Assembly (NCBI GenBank): GCA_963665275.2 | Contig: CAXXIN010000017.1 | Span: 64,001-128,000 of the forward strand | Reading direction: 5' to 3' | DNA from: Negativicutes bacterium | GTDB taxonomy: Bacteria; Bacillota; Negativicutes; UBA1444 | Length of the DNA: 64,000 nucleotides | Shown here: positions 38,982 to 48,964 of the stretch, one piece after another | Layout of the letters: each line of letters begins with the position of its first letter | Position numbering within the stretch: the first letter of the stretch is position 1 | Translations under genes and position numbers: made by a program | Notes under the pieces: model-generated | The model's input: only the letters and a program-made list of their open reading frames with translations | Told to the model about the DNA's origin: nothing | Database searches by the model: none

Positions 38982-40171
38982 TCAACCTGGCTTTTAAGGA
39001 AATCTCCTACAGTTGGGTTCGTTATGTTCTGACCGCTGCAGGTTTGGGTCTGCTGATCGGAGTTACCCTGACAATGACCGGACTGGTACGCGGCATGATG
39101 GACGATGCTGTCGCCCTGATTCGCGGCACGCATGCTGATCTGTGGGTGGTGCAGGATGACACCATGGGGCCCTATGCGGAATCGTCCACCCTCTACGACG
39201 ATGTATCCCGCAACATTGCGGGGCTGCCAGGAGTGGCGGAAGCGAGTAACGTCGCCTATCTGACAGTTCAAGTCCGCCACGCCAGCAAAGATATTCGGGC
39301 TCAGGTGGCAGGTTTTGAAATTAACAAACCCGGCGAGCCTCCCTATTTGGTTGCGGGGCGACCTATTGCCCAAGCCCGTTACGAAGCCATAGCCGATACC
39401 AAGACCGGATTTCGCATTGGCGATAAAATCGGCATTCGCCGTACCGAGCTTACCGTAGTCGGCCTGACCACAGGAATGGTATCCTCCGGCGGCGACCCCG
39501 TGGTATTCGTCACCATGAAAGATGCGCAGGATATTCAGTTTCAAAAGGACAACACCACCATCTACAACGAACGTAATCGCCTGAGCGCCAACCCCAAACT
39601 GAACAGACCGGGGTCGCCCGGCTTACTTCAGGCGGTTACCGAATCCCAGCAATCCAACCAAAAGGTCAACGCCGTCCTCGTTCGCCTCAGTCCTGGTTTT
39701 GAACCGGATACGGTGGCGGAAACGATAAGGCGTTGGAAGCATTTTGAGGTATATACCTATGAGCAAATGCGGCAAATACTTCAGGAACGGGTCATCATTA
39801 ATGCACTACGGCAACTGGGGATGTTCATGGTAATCCTCGCCATCGTCAGCACCGCCATCATTGCACTCATCATCTATAACATGACAATGGGTAAAATCAG
39901 GGAAATCGCTGTACTCAAACTCATCGGCGCCAAAAACCAAACCATTATTTCCATGATATTGCAGCAAGCCTGGGGGCTCGGTGTAATCGGTTACATTGTC
40001 GGCAATGCGACAGCTGCAACCTTGGCACCGTTATTCCCCAAGCGGGTCGAATTATTGGCTTTTGACAGCTTCATCGCCTTCCTCATCATATTGCTGATTT
40101 GCTCGTTGGCCAGCCTGGTGGCGATCCGCGCCGCATTGAAAGTCCAACCGGCGTCAGCGATAGGAGGATAA
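38978..40171 (+). CDS. MacB/FtsX-type ABC permease
   Basis: TM1, large periplasmic loop, REIAVLKLIGA, three C-terminal TM segments. Confidence 0.9.
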   Translation: MINLAFKEISYSWVRYVLTAAGLGLLIGVTLTMTGLVRGMMDDAVALIRGTHADLWVVQDDTMGPYAESSTLYDDVSRNIAGLPGVAEASNVAYLTVQVRHASKDIRAQVAGFEINKPGEPPYLVAGRPIAQARYEAIADTKTGFRIGDKIGIRRTELTVVGLTTGMVSSGGDPVVFVTMKDAQDIQFQKDNTTIYNERNRLSANPKLNRPGSPGLLQAVTESQQSNQKVNAVLVRLSPGFEPDTVAETIRRWKHFEVYTYEQMRQILQERVIINALRQLGMFMVILAIVSTAIIALIIYNMTMGKIREIAVLKLIGAKNQTIISMILQQAWGLGVIGYIVGNATAATLAPLFPKRVELLAFDSFIAFLIILLICSLASLVAIRAALKVQPASAIGG

Positions 40172-40172
40172 C

Positions 40173-40880
40173 ATGGAAGCCATTCGGATGACCAATCTGG
40201 TCAAAACCTATGGATCGGGCGCAACAGAAGTCCGTGCTATCAAGAACGTATCCCTCTACGTCAACCCTGGCGAAGTAGTCGGCTTGCTCGGTCCCAGCGG
40301 GTCCGGAAAGACAACCCTGTTGCAATGTCTGGGAGCTGTCATTGATCCGACGGCAGGCCGGATTGAATTGAATGGGGAAACCATCTTTGACGATGGGTGG
40401 AAAATTGACGACCTCCGAGCACTCCGGCGGGATAAGATTGGCTTTGTTTTTCAAGCAGCCTATCTGATTCCTTTTTTATCGGTTCTGGATAATGTAGCAC
40501 TCCTGCCAATGCTCGCCGGAAAGTCGAACGCAGCAGCCCGCAGCCGGGCCATGGAACTGTTGACCATTCTCGAAGTCGAACACCGCTCACACGCCAAACC
40601 TTCCGAGCTATCTGGGGGCGAACAGCAACGCGTTGCGATTGCGAGGGCGATGGCCAACCAACCGCCCTTTATTCTGGCGGATGAGCCAACCGCCCCACTA
40701 GACAGCGAACGCTCTCTGATCGTCATGAAGCTGCTCGCACGATTGGCCCAGCAATATAACACCGCCATCATGGTCGTGACTCATGACGACATCATCATCC
40801 CCCGCTTCAAGCGCCTTTATCGTTTGCGGGACGGAGTAGCCCACGAAGAAAAAGGTCAAGGACTTCCATTTCCCGACTGA
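40173..40880 (+). CDS. LolD/MacB-type ABC ATP-binding protein
   Basis: GPSGSGKTT, LSGGEQQRVAIAR, ADEPT. Confidence 0.93.
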   Translation: MEAIRMTNLVKTYGSGATEVRAIKNVSLYVNPGEVVGLLGPSGSGKTTLLQCLGAVIDPTAGRIELNGETIFDDGWKIDDLRALRRDKIGFVFQAAYLIPFLSVLDNVALLPMLAGKSNAAARSRAMELLTILEVEHRSHAKPSELSGGEQQRVAIARAMANQPPFILADEPTAPLDSERSLIVMKLLARLAQQYNTAIMVVTHDDIIIPRFKRLYRLRDGVAHEEKGQGLPFPD

Positions 40881-40892
40881 AAACAGTTACGA

Positions 40893-40947
40893 TTTCACAG
40901 ATTCGTTACAAATAAGACACTGTTTCTTAAAACTTACCCTCTATAAT
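40893..40947 (+). promoter_or_regulatory. Tandem TTCACA-N5-GTTACA box with TATAAT -10
   Basis: TTTCACAGATTCGTTACA matches the 35891 box at 16/18 positions; TATAAT at 40942. Confidence 0.65.
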
Positions 40948-41015
40948 CAAAAGTAGCAGGACAAGAGTACTGCAAAAACAAAAAGCACATCATATAATAA
41001 AAGGGGGAAGTTCAA

Positions 41016-41648
41016 TTGAAAAAGAAATCACTGTTAATCGCCGGAGTTGCTGCACTAATGCTCTCGATGGCGTCAGTCTCAATGGCAGGGCCGATGGGTG
41101 GCGGCATGGGTATGGGCGGCGGCGGAATGATGGGTCGCGGCGGCATGGGCATGGGCCCTGGCGTCGGGGGACAGACCGCGCCGCTGACCGATCAGCAAAA
41201 AGCTGATTGGAAAGTCTGGCAGGAGAAGAACCTACAACTGCGCAAGGAATACATCGGCAATCTGGTGAAGTCCGGTGCGTTGACCCAGGAGCAGGCCGAT
41301 GCCCGCATCAAGGCCATGGAAGCCGGATTCGCCTTCCGCGCCAAGAACGGTTTCGTCGCCCCTGGTGCTATTGTCGGAGCTAAACTGACAGACGAACAGA
41401 AAGCCGATATGAAAACTCTGTTTGAACAACGTCTGGCGATCCGCAAGGATGCCTTAGCCGCAGCTGTCACAGCCGGCCAGATTACTCAGGTACAGGCTGA
41501 CAACCAATTGAAATTCATGCAGGATCGTTTCAACTACACCATGGAAAACGGCTTCGGCGGACCGGCTGGCGGCCGTGGCATGGGTGCCGGATTCGGTAGA
41601 GGCGGCATGGGCGGAAGTTTCGGTGGTGGCGGCGGTTGCCGGTTCTAA
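41016..41648 (+). CDS. Exported DUF2680-like protein with two internal repeats and Gly/Met-rich ends
   Basis: Repeats LTDQQKAD...G.LTQEQAD and LTDEQKAD...G.ITQVQAD; signal peptide. Confidence 0.75.
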   Translation: MKKKSLLIAGVAALMLSMASVSMAGPMGGGMGMGGGGMMGRGGMGMGPGVGGQTAPLTDQQKADWKVWQEKNLQLRKEYIGNLVKSGALTQEQADARIKAMEAGFAFRAKNGFVAPGAIVGAKLTDEQKADMKTLFEQRLAIRKDALAAAVTAGQITQVQADNQLKFMQDRFNYTMENGFGGPAGGRGMGAGFGRGGMGGSFGGGGGCRF

Positions 41649-41728
41649 ACTACAAAGCGCATTGAAAAATAGTGGCGGAAAGTGCCCTGGAGCACTCTCC
41701 GCCGCTTTAACCTGCAAGAGGTGTGACC

Positions 41729-42454
41729 ATGAAAAAAGCTGTTGTATTGATTGTCGATGATGATGTCCGCATCCGCGAACTCCTCCGCCTGTATCTGGAA
41801 CAGGCGGGCTTTGCTGTCACGGAGGCGGATAACGGTGTGGCGGCGCTGCTGCTTTTTCAGCAGTCCCGGCCGGATATCATTGTCCTTGACATCATGATGC
41901 CAGTACTCGATGGGCTGGAAACCTGCAGACAAATCCGCAAACTGGGCTCTACCCCGATCATCCTCTTGACTGCCCGATCTGAAGACGAGGATAAACTGTT
42001 GGGATTTGAAACCGGAGCAGACGACTATGTCTCCAAACCATTTGCCCCGGGAGAAGTCGTCGCCCGGGTGCAGGCCATCCTGCGCCGCTTCTCTCCTGCA
42101 GTCGATACACCACAGCTTCCAGAATCGAAACCACCGTTATCCTGCTGTCAGCTCGAAATCGACGCCACGTCCCGCACTGTAAAAATCGCCAACTCAGAGG
42201 TCCCGCTCACCGCCAAAGAGTTTGACCTCTTGTATTCGCTCGCCTCCCACCCCGGCCGCATCCATACCCGGGAAGCTCTGCTTGCTGAAGTCTGGGGCCA
42301 TGAACCTTCGGGAGACACCCGGACCGTGGACGTCCATGTCCAGCGGTTGCGAACCAAATTGCAGAACGGCCAATGCGCGAGTTGGAATATTGCGACCGTC
42401 TGGGGTGTCGGCTATCGATTCGATACAACAGGGAATCTGGAAATCAAATCATGA
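41729..42454 (+). CDS. OmpR-family response regulator
   Basis: VDDD, LDIMMP, GADDYVSKPF, RTVDVHVQRLR, TVWGVGY. Confidence 0.95.
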   Translation: MKKAVVLIVDDDVRIRELLRLYLEQAGFAVTEADNGVAALLLFQQSRPDIIVLDIMMPVLDGLETCRQIRKLGSTPIILLTARSEDEDKLLGFETGADDYVSKPFAPGEVVARVQAILRRFSPAVDTPQLPESKPPLSCCQLEIDATSRTVKIANSEVPLTAKEFDLLYSLASHPGRIHTREALLAEVWGHEPSGDTRTVDVHVQRLRTKLQNGQCASWNIATVWGVGYRFDTTGNLEIKS

Positions 42455-43995
42455 AGAATTTATCGTTTCAAATGCGGCTGGTAGCGGCTTTCATGCTGGT
42501 CATCGTGATTGTACTCGGTTCAGTCTTGTGGGGTGCTTCCGCGTTTATCCGCGACCGCATGATTACCGCCAAACAGCAGGAATTGACCCGCAAAGGCACG
42601 GAGATCGCGGAACGAATCCGCACCGCCCGGGACACTAAGGGCGCTGCCACTAGTCTGAGTGATATCCTCAGCGACGTGGACAGCTACCTGGAAGCCCGCG
42701 TCTGGATTCTGGACGCCTCCCGGCAACCAGTGGCGCTGTCTATCGCCCGGCATACCGGCGCTGGGCGTCAGTCAGGCATGGGCCCCGGTCGCATGAGCGG
42801 GGCGATGCGGAACATGCCTGGCAACGCTTTGCCTCAGATGGGAAATCTTCGCAGTTTGCTGGCGGATCTGGCCCCGGTATATCGGGGCGAAGTCGTCAGC
42901 AAAATCATCGATCACCCTTACTACGAAGAACGGATGGTTGTGGTCGGTGTGCCGATCCTTTTACCGAACGGCAAGGTAGATGGTGCTGTGCTGATCAATT
43001 CGCCGGTTGCCGCCGTAAATGACTTTATGGCACACATTTATGAATTTATCGGCATTGGGGCTTTGATCGGTATTATCTTCTCGTTTCTGCTCGTTCGCCT
43101 ATTCACCCGCAGTTTGGTACGCCCTCTACGCGCCATGCAGTCCACTGCTGCCGCCATCGCGCAAGGCGACTACAGTGCCCGCGTAGATGTTCGCAGCAAC
43201 GACGAAATCGGCAGCTTGGGGAGCACGATCAACGGGCTGGCCCAAGATCTGGGTGATTATATGCTGGAAGTAGGCAAAACGGAAAAACTTCGCCGTGATT
43301 TTATCGCGAATGTGTCCCACGAACTGCGCACTCCGCTCACCGTCATCCGCGGCTACACCGAGGCGATGGCCGATGACGTAGTGAAGGACCCGGTTCAAAT
43401 CAAGCGGTACCAGTATTTGATCCGGGATGAAGCGATCCGGCTGGAACGTCTGATCAAAGACCTGTTAAACTTGAGCCGCCTGCAGTCCGCCAGCGCCGAC
43501 TCTCCGCTAACACCGGTTTCCCTCTCTGAAATCGCCGCTCATGTGATGCAATTGATCTCCCCTCTGGCAGAATCGAAAAACATCTTGCTGCACTGCGATA
43601 TTGGACAGAATTTACCAAAAGCACTAGGCAATCGGGACCGTCTGGTACAGCTCCTGCTCATTTTCCTGGATAATGCCGTGAAATACACGCCAGCCGGTGG
43701 GACTATCGCGTTGTCTCTTGAGCAAAAAGAAACCGGCGCCCTGAATTGTGTGATTCAAGACACCGGCATCGGAATCCCAGAGGCAGACTTGCCATATATC
43801 TGGGAGCGGTTCTATAAAGTGGACAAATCCCATCAGCAAAGCGACGAAGGCACCGGACTCGGTCTCGCCATCGCCCGGCAGATTATTGCCTTGCATGAGG
43901 CGCAGGTCCATATCACCAGTGAACCCCATGTGGGAACACGCATTGAACTTAAGTTCCGTACTGCAACGGCTGATTCATCCCGCATAGAGGCTTAA
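42451..43995 (+). CDS. HAMP sensor histidine kinase
   Basis: Two TM segments, HAMP, SHELRTPL, DNAVKY, DTGIG, GTGLGL. Confidence 0.95.
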   Translation: MKNLSFQMRLVAAFMLVIVIVLGSVLWGASAFIRDRMITAKQQELTRKGTEIAERIRTARDTKGAATSLSDILSDVDSYLEARVWILDASRQPVALSIARHTGAGRQSGMGPGRMSGAMRNMPGNALPQMGNLRSLLADLAPVYRGEVVSKIIDHPYYEERMVVVGVPILLPNGKVDGAVLINSPVAAVNDFMAHIYEFIGIGALIGIIFSFLLVRLFTRSLVRPLRAMQSTAAAIAQGDYSARVDVRSNDEIGSLGSTINGLAQDLGDYMLEVGKTEKLRRDFIANVSHELRTPLTVIRGYTEAMADDVVKDPVQIKRYQYLIRDEAIRLERLIKDLLNLSRLQSASADSPLTPVSLSEIAAHVMQLISPLAESKNILLHCDIGQNLPKALGNRDRLVQLLLIFLDNAVKYTPAGGTIALSLEQKETGALNCVIQDTGIGIPEADLPYIWERFYKVDKSHQQSDEGTGLGLAIARQIIALHEAQVHITSEPHVGTRIELKFRTATADSSRIEA

Positions 43996-44615
43996 ATTTT
44001 TCTTGCCTTGATGACGCCGAACACCCCGTCCCCTGTTCCAGGCCGCACTTCCTGCGGCCTGTTTTCTATAGTAAAAATCGTTTGTCGCGCGTCAACAACC
44101 GTGAACCCAGCCAACTCCAGGTACTGCTTTATCTCGAGCGAGGAGTGGAACTGGGCTTGCTGATAAAACTCACTTGTTTGTTTTTTCTGATCATAGAGCT
44201 TTCCGAGTGGCGTTTCCCTGTCAATGAATGCCACGAGAAAAAATCCACCCGCAGACAATATTCTACAAGCTTCCTTAAAGGCTTGTGCGACATCATCCAG
44301 AAAACAGTCCACGGTAATCATTAGCGCAAAATCAAAGGTTTCATCCAGAATTGGCAACTTTTCCGCCAACCCGTTACGAACATTTATGCCCCGCGCCAAT
44401 GCTTTTCTGCGCATGTTTTTCGAAGGTTCGATCCCGTCTTTTATGCCAAGCGCCGCCGAAAACAGCCCAGTTCCTACGCCGATTTCAACACCTTTTCCGG
44501 ATGTAGGCAGGATTTGTTTTATAGCGGTCAGCTCAGCCTCAAATAGAGCCTTGTTCTCTTGGAACCAACCTTCGTATGCTTCGACCTTTTGATCGAAAAC
44601 TTGCACTCTGTCCAT
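43992..44615 (-). CDS. Class I SAM-dependent methyltransferase
   Basis: VEIGVGTG motif I and AEKLP..DETFD. Confidence 0.88.
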   Translation of the reverse strand: MDRVQVFDQKVEAYEGWFQENKALFEAELTAIKQILPTSGKGVEIGVGTGLFSAALGIKDGIEPSKNMRRKALARGINVRNGLAEKLPILDETFDFALMITVDCFLDDVAQAFKEACRILSAGGFFLVAFIDRETPLGKLYDQKKQTSEFYQQAQFHSSLEIKQYLELAGFTVVDARQTIFTIENRPQEVRPGTGDGVFGVIKARKI

Positions 44616-44636
44616 TTATTGTGGTCACCTTTCAGC

Positions 44637-45518
44637 TTACAACGATTGTAGAATTTTAACCGCCTTTGCCAACGTCGTGCACTCTTCCATGCGCAGAAAG
44701 CGGCGCAATGCCGGAATGATCTCTTTTTGGTGCCATTGACTCCGGGATTGGGTATTGAGCCATACCACTTTTTTCACCTTACTGGCGATCTTCCCCAATT
44801 CGCTAATGGCAAAATCCGGTTCCACCGTTTCTGCATCACTCACCACCAATAGACAGGTAGCCGAACTCAGGGCCCCGGAAAAATCGGTCCGTAAAGAGCG
44901 AAAAGCTTGCCCCAGGTTCGTTCCCCGCCCTACCTGGGTAGTTCGCTGCAGCAACCAGTCCCGCACTTGTTCGAAATCACTGTTCTGTCGAAACAACTCC
45001 GTCACTTCCTCCAGACCACCGGCACAGACAAATGCCCGATTGGTTTCCGCTGTCTGGGACAAGCCAAACAGGAGGGGTAAGGTAAATTGGATATGTCGAA
45101 TCATCGACGCTGAAACATCACACAGAATCACAATCCGTGGTCGACGTAGCCGCAGGCGGCGAAAACCCAGCGCGAACATGGCCCCGCCAAAGCGAAAACT
45201 GCGCCGGACTGTACGTTTCACATCGATCCACTGGGAACGATGGGTTTGTTGCTGGCGCCGCGATGGACGCATTTCCAGTCGATTAATTAGTCGACGGATT
45301 CGCTCCACCAAAAAAGGAAAATCCTCAGGGCTCGTATATTCCAGCTCGCGACTATTCAGAGGTCGCCCTGCATGTCCGCCCCCTTCTCCGCCCCCGCCAA
45401 ACGGTGCGTGAGGCAGTTCCATCTGAGCCAGAAAATCCTGGCATACACTGCCAAACATGGCCTTCTCTTCGGGTTTTGCCATCAAAATCGTTTTGGCTAC
45501 TTTTAATGGCATCTTCAA
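44637..45518 (-). CDS. CoxE-like vWA protein
   Basis: IDVKRTVRRS, LCDVSASM MIDAS, GTNLG, VSDA, WLN. Confidence 0.8.
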   Translation of the reverse strand: MKMPLKVAKTILMAKPEEKAMFGSVCQDFLAQMELPHAPFGGGGEGGGHAGRPLNSRELEYTSPEDFPFLVERIRRLINRLEMRPSRRQQQTHRSQWIDVKRTVRRSFRFGGAMFALGFRRLRLRRPRIVILCDVSASMIRHIQFTLPLLFGLSQTAETNRAFVCAGGLEEVTELFRQNSDFEQVRDWLLQRTTQVGRGTNLGQAFRSLRTDFSGALSSATCLLVVSDAETVEPDFAISELGKIASKVKKVVWLNTQSRSQWHQKEIIPALRRFLRMEECTTLAKAVKILQSL

Positions 45519-45526
45519 ACTAGCTC

Positions 45527-46486
45527 TTAGAATGGGTTGAACTTTTTTTTTACCGCCCGCTCGAGAAATGAATCTTTTTTGACGATGACTTCGTCACCCT
45601 CCCACCGTTTGTGAAGCATAGCGCAAAAACCTTCGAAGCCGATACTTTTGACAAACACGGTGAAGTCATGATGGTTTTTCAACAACAATCCCAACGTCTG
45701 CTTGATTGTAGCCGGCGTCAATTGCATGCACCCCATGTCCACCAGCATCGTAGTCCAGTCAATCGCTTCGGCAGTGGATGGTGGCTTCTCCAGGTCCATT
45801 TCCTGCCGCAGATACTGCATCGCAGTGGTGATCTCCCATACGAGACGGTCCGGGGCGCCTGGAGCTTTCAGCTGCAGAATTTCAGTTTCTTTTTCCGGTG
45901 ACGGGTAATCAATATACAGATATACACAACGGCGGCGCAAACCATCGGACAGTTCGCGTTCTTGATTGCTCGTCAGCACGACCACCGGAATATGGACAGC
46001 CCGAATGGTCCCCATTTCCGGAATGGATACCTGAAAATCGGATAAAAGTTCAAACAGAAATGCCTCAAATTCTTCGTCCGTCTTATCAATTTCGTCAATT
46101 AGCAGCACCGAACGCCGGGGAGAACGGATTGCCTTGAGTAATGGGCGTTCCAGCAAATACCGGGAGGAAAACAACTCTTCCTCGACGGATTCTTCGCCAC
46201 AAGAGTCCCTGATCATCTGGATTTTGAGCAACTGCGCCTGATAGTTCCATTCATAGAGCGCCTTGCTTTCATCCAGTCCTTCATAGCATTGCAACCGGAT
46301 CAGCTCGGTCTCCATGGCAACGGCCAGCACTTTGGCAATCTCCGTTTTGCCAACGCCCGGAGCGCCTTCGATCAACAAAGGACGTCCCAGTTTTAGTGCC
46401 AGGGATATCGTAATGACCAGTTCGTCTTCGCATATGTAGTTTTCGGCGGCAAATGCCTGGCGGAGGAAGTTTACATCAATGTCCAT
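45527..46486 (-). CDS. MoxR-family AAA+ ATPase (CoxD-like)
   Basis: EGAPGVGKTE, RLQCYEGLD, YEWNY, LIDEIDK, LRRRC. Confidence 0.9.
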   Translation of the reverse strand: MDIDVNFLRQAFAAENYICEDELVITISLALKLGRPLLIEGAPGVGKTEIAKVLAVAMETELIRLQCYEGLDESKALYEWNYQAQLLKIQMIRDSCGEESVEEELFSSRYLLERPLLKAIRSPRRSVLLIDEIDKTDEEFEAFLFELLSDFQVSIPEMGTIRAVHIPVVVLTSNQERELSDGLRRRCVYLYIDYPSPEKETEILQLKAPGAPDRLVWEITTAMQYLRQEMDLEKPPSTAEAIDWTTMLVDMGCMQLTPATIKQTLGLLLKNHHDFTVFVKSIGFEGFCAMLHKRWEGDEVIVKKDSFLERAVKKKFNPF

Positions 46487-46589
46487 ACATAATATTGTTC
46501 GTCATGGCGCAACAAATTCCTACCCCTTCCAAAAGAATAACGCATCTCCACAGGAGCATCTACCTTATACATACAGCTCAATTTTAAAA

Positions 46590-46619
46590 AATGGAGGGTC
46601 GGCCCCGCCGCCCCTCCAC
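46590..46619 (-). terminator. Probable intrinsic terminator after mrp
   Basis: TGGAGGG...CCCTCCA hairpin followed by TTTTT on the minus strand. Confidence 0.6.
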
Positions 46620-46673
46620 TGATACATTACTTCTTCACTTGCGTTCGAATTCAGGTGTCAGGATATCAACACC

Positions 46674-47888
46674 TTATTCCCCACATTCATCATGGTGCTG
46701 ATGTTCATGACAGACAGAACCAGTAGACTGCAGCATGCCTTTCAAATATTGCTCGGCTGCGACCTTCGCCGGTCCCATCGCTCCGACAATTACTTCAATA
46801 CCCTTTTCGTTGAAAATTTCGATTGCGCCGGCGCCCATGCCGCCTGAAATAATCACATTGACCCCCATGTCGTTCAAGAAGTTGGGCAGAAATCCTGGCT
46901 TATGTCCCGGATTCGGCACGGACTCACTCTTAACAATCTGCGCGTTTTCAGCTTCATAAATATTGAAATTTACACAATGCCCAAAATGCTCTGTTACCAT
47001 TTCATTTTCACTTGCTACTGCAATTTTCATTTTCTTTCCTCCATTTTTTCCTACTATTTTTTCTGTTTCCAACATTTCAGCGATCCGGTCAAACCAATTT
47101 CCTTCAAAGAATTCAATCATTCCTTTATCACAGGCTACTGCAAGTTTAGGATCGATTGGCATGCTGGCCAAAATATCGAGATTATGTGTCTGGGCGATTT
47201 TTTCAATATTGCTGTCGCCGAATATTTTGTATTCCTTATCGCAGTCCGGGCATTTGAAATACGCCATATTTTCAACCAACCCGATGATTGGTATATTCAT
47301 CATCTTTGCCATTTTAACCGCTTTGGATACAATCATTGAAACCAATTCTTGCGGTGAAGTCACAATGATGATTCCATCGACTTTTATTGACTGGAATACA
47401 GTGAGCGGAACATCTCCTGTGCCCGGCGGCATATCAATAAACATAAAGTCGATATTATGCCATATTACGTCCGTCCAAAACTGTTTGACTGTATTGGCAA
47501 TGATCGGTCCTCGCCACACTACAGGATCTGTATCATTTTCCAAAAGCAAATTAATTGACATAATATCAATACCCGTTTTGCTTTTAATAGGATAAAGGCC
47601 AAGTTCATTTCCAGTAGCCTTTTTGCTTATACCAAAGGCTTTAGGTATGGATGGTCCTGTCACATCCGCATCCAAAACAGCAACCTTATGGCCTCTTCTA
47701 TTCATTGTTACTGCAAGCATGGAGGTTACCAACGATTTACCAACCCCGCCTTTGCCGCTTACAATACCGATTACTTTTTTAATGCTACTTAGTTCATGCG
47801 GTTTTTCGGAAAAATCGACATTGGGTTCCTTCCTCTCATCACAGTCGTCACCGCAGGAGCTGCAAGTTTGATTACAATTTTCGCTCAT
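46674..47888 (-). CDS. Mrp/NBP35 Fe-S carrier ATPase fused to a NifB/NifX domain (MrpORP-like)
   Basis: N-terminal Cys cluster, GKGGVGKS, DMPPGTGD, CPDC; C-terminal MKIAVA..HFGHC..GGMG. Confidence 0.9.
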   Translation of the reverse strand: MSENCNQTCSSCGDDCDERKEPNVDFSEKPHELSSIKKVIGIVSGKGGVGKSLVTSMLAVTMNRRGHKVAVLDADVTGPSIPKAFGISKKATGNELGLYPIKSKTGIDIMSINLLLENDTDPVVWRGPIIANTVKQFWTDVIWHNIDFMFIDMPPGTGDVPLTVFQSIKVDGIIIVTSPQELVSMIVSKAVKMAKMMNIPIIGLVENMAYFKCPDCDKEYKIFGDSNIEKIAQTHNLDILASMPIDPKLAVACDKGMIEFFEGNWFDRIAEMLETEKIVGKNGGKKMKIAVASENEMVTEHFGHCVNFNIYEAENAQIVKSESVPNPGHKPGFLPNFLNDMGVNVIISGGMGAGAIEIFNEKGIEVIVGAMGPAKVAAEQYLKGMLQSTGSVCHEHQHHDECGE

Positions 47889-47983
47889 TCATTACTCTCC
47901 TATCATATTTTATTATCATACGCTTGGCGTATAACGTTCACTAAATAATATTTTAGCATCTGGTCAAAGACATCTATTGCCGC

Positions 47984-48340
47984 CTATTTATGGAATCCGG
48001 CATGAATCTCATCAAGCAGGAAGAGTTTTCCGTCAATAAAGGCATTAATATTATCCTTTATCGAATCGTTGATCGTCTTGTATATTTTGATATTGGCAGC
48101 TTTAAATACCTCTGCGGCATTCTCGCCGCATCTCGGGGTAATCAATGCGGTAACATTGCTATCTACAACTGCCTGAGCTGCTTTGATTCCGGCGCCACCC
48201 TGGCTGGCTGCTGCGCTATTATCAAGGAAAATAGGTTCCTTCGATTCCGTATCAAAAATCAAAAAATAGGGTGTGCGTCCAAACGAGATGCATACATTCG
48301 CTTCCATAGAATTCCCATCCACAGGTATTGCAATTTTCAT
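47984..48340 (-). CDS. NifB/NifX-family (ORP-like) protein
   Basis: MKIAIP, FGRTPYF, GGAGIKAAQ, CGENA. Confidence 0.9.
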   Translation of the reverse strand: MKIAIPVDGNSMEANVCISFGRTPYFLIFDTESKEPIFLDNSAAASQGGAGIKAAQAVVDSNVTALITPRCGENAAEVFKAANIKIYKTINDSIKDNINAFIDGKLFLLDEIHAGFHK

Positions 48341-48355
48341 TAGTCTTTATCCTCC

Positions 48356-48730
48356 TCAGCTATCTTCTATCATCTGTATCTGTCTACCGCATTGATGCCT
48401 TCGACACCCGCCACCACCACATGATTCCGCTCGCCCATCACAAAGCTTGTAATCTCCGCCCTCAATTCTCAGCACTTTCCCGTTCACGAGTGACTCAGCA
48501 ATTTTCTTTCTTGCACCAATATAAATTCCTTGAACAGTCGTACGGGCGATATTCATTTGATTGGCGCATTCTTCCTGATTAAACCCTTCTAAATCAATCA
48601 GGCGTATGGTTTCATATTCATCCACAGTCATCGTTATACAATGATCGGGGCTCATCGGAGCGTTAAGCGGACCGAATCGGTTGCTCTCCGGCAAGTTACA
48701 TACTTTTCGCCATTTTCTCGGTCTTGCCAT
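48356..48730 (-). CDS. DUF134 (UPF0251) HTH protein
   Basis: [37 protein letters not shown], Cys-rich tail. Confidence 0.9.
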   Translation of the reverse strand: MARPRKWRKVCNLPESNRFGPLNAPMSPDHCITMTVDEYETIRLIDLEGFNQEECANQMNIARTTVQGIYIGARKKIAESLVNGKVLRIEGGDYKLCDGRAESCGGGGCRRHQCGRQIQMIEDS

Positions 48731-48814
48731 TGCAAACTCACCTCATATGATCAATATAAGGAACAAGGGAGTGTTACCCCTTGCTCCATCAGTAAATGCA
48801 AAACCGGAACATAC

Positions 48815-48872
48815 TTATCGACATATGTCGCTATTACATTTATTATACTTCGTTTTCGTCATATGTCAATAA
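48815..48872 (-). promoter_or_regulatory. Promoter TTGACA-16-TATAAT with two 20-bp CATATG-centred operators
   Basis: TTATCGACATATGTCGCTAT (48815) and TTTTCGTCATATGTCAATAA (48853). Confidence 0.75.
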
Positions 48873-48964
48873 TAACAATGCGTTTGTCGGCGGGGCTTTT
48901 GCTTTATACTCACACTCTTTCGTAAATACCCCCAAAAAGCATAGCGACAAAAACGCCCCCAAAA

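Noticed and set aside
44637-46486. MoxR-vWA pair as an anti-phage defence system
   Set aside because: Motifs match the CoxD/CoxE chaperone subfamily, and there are no nuclease or effector genes nearby.
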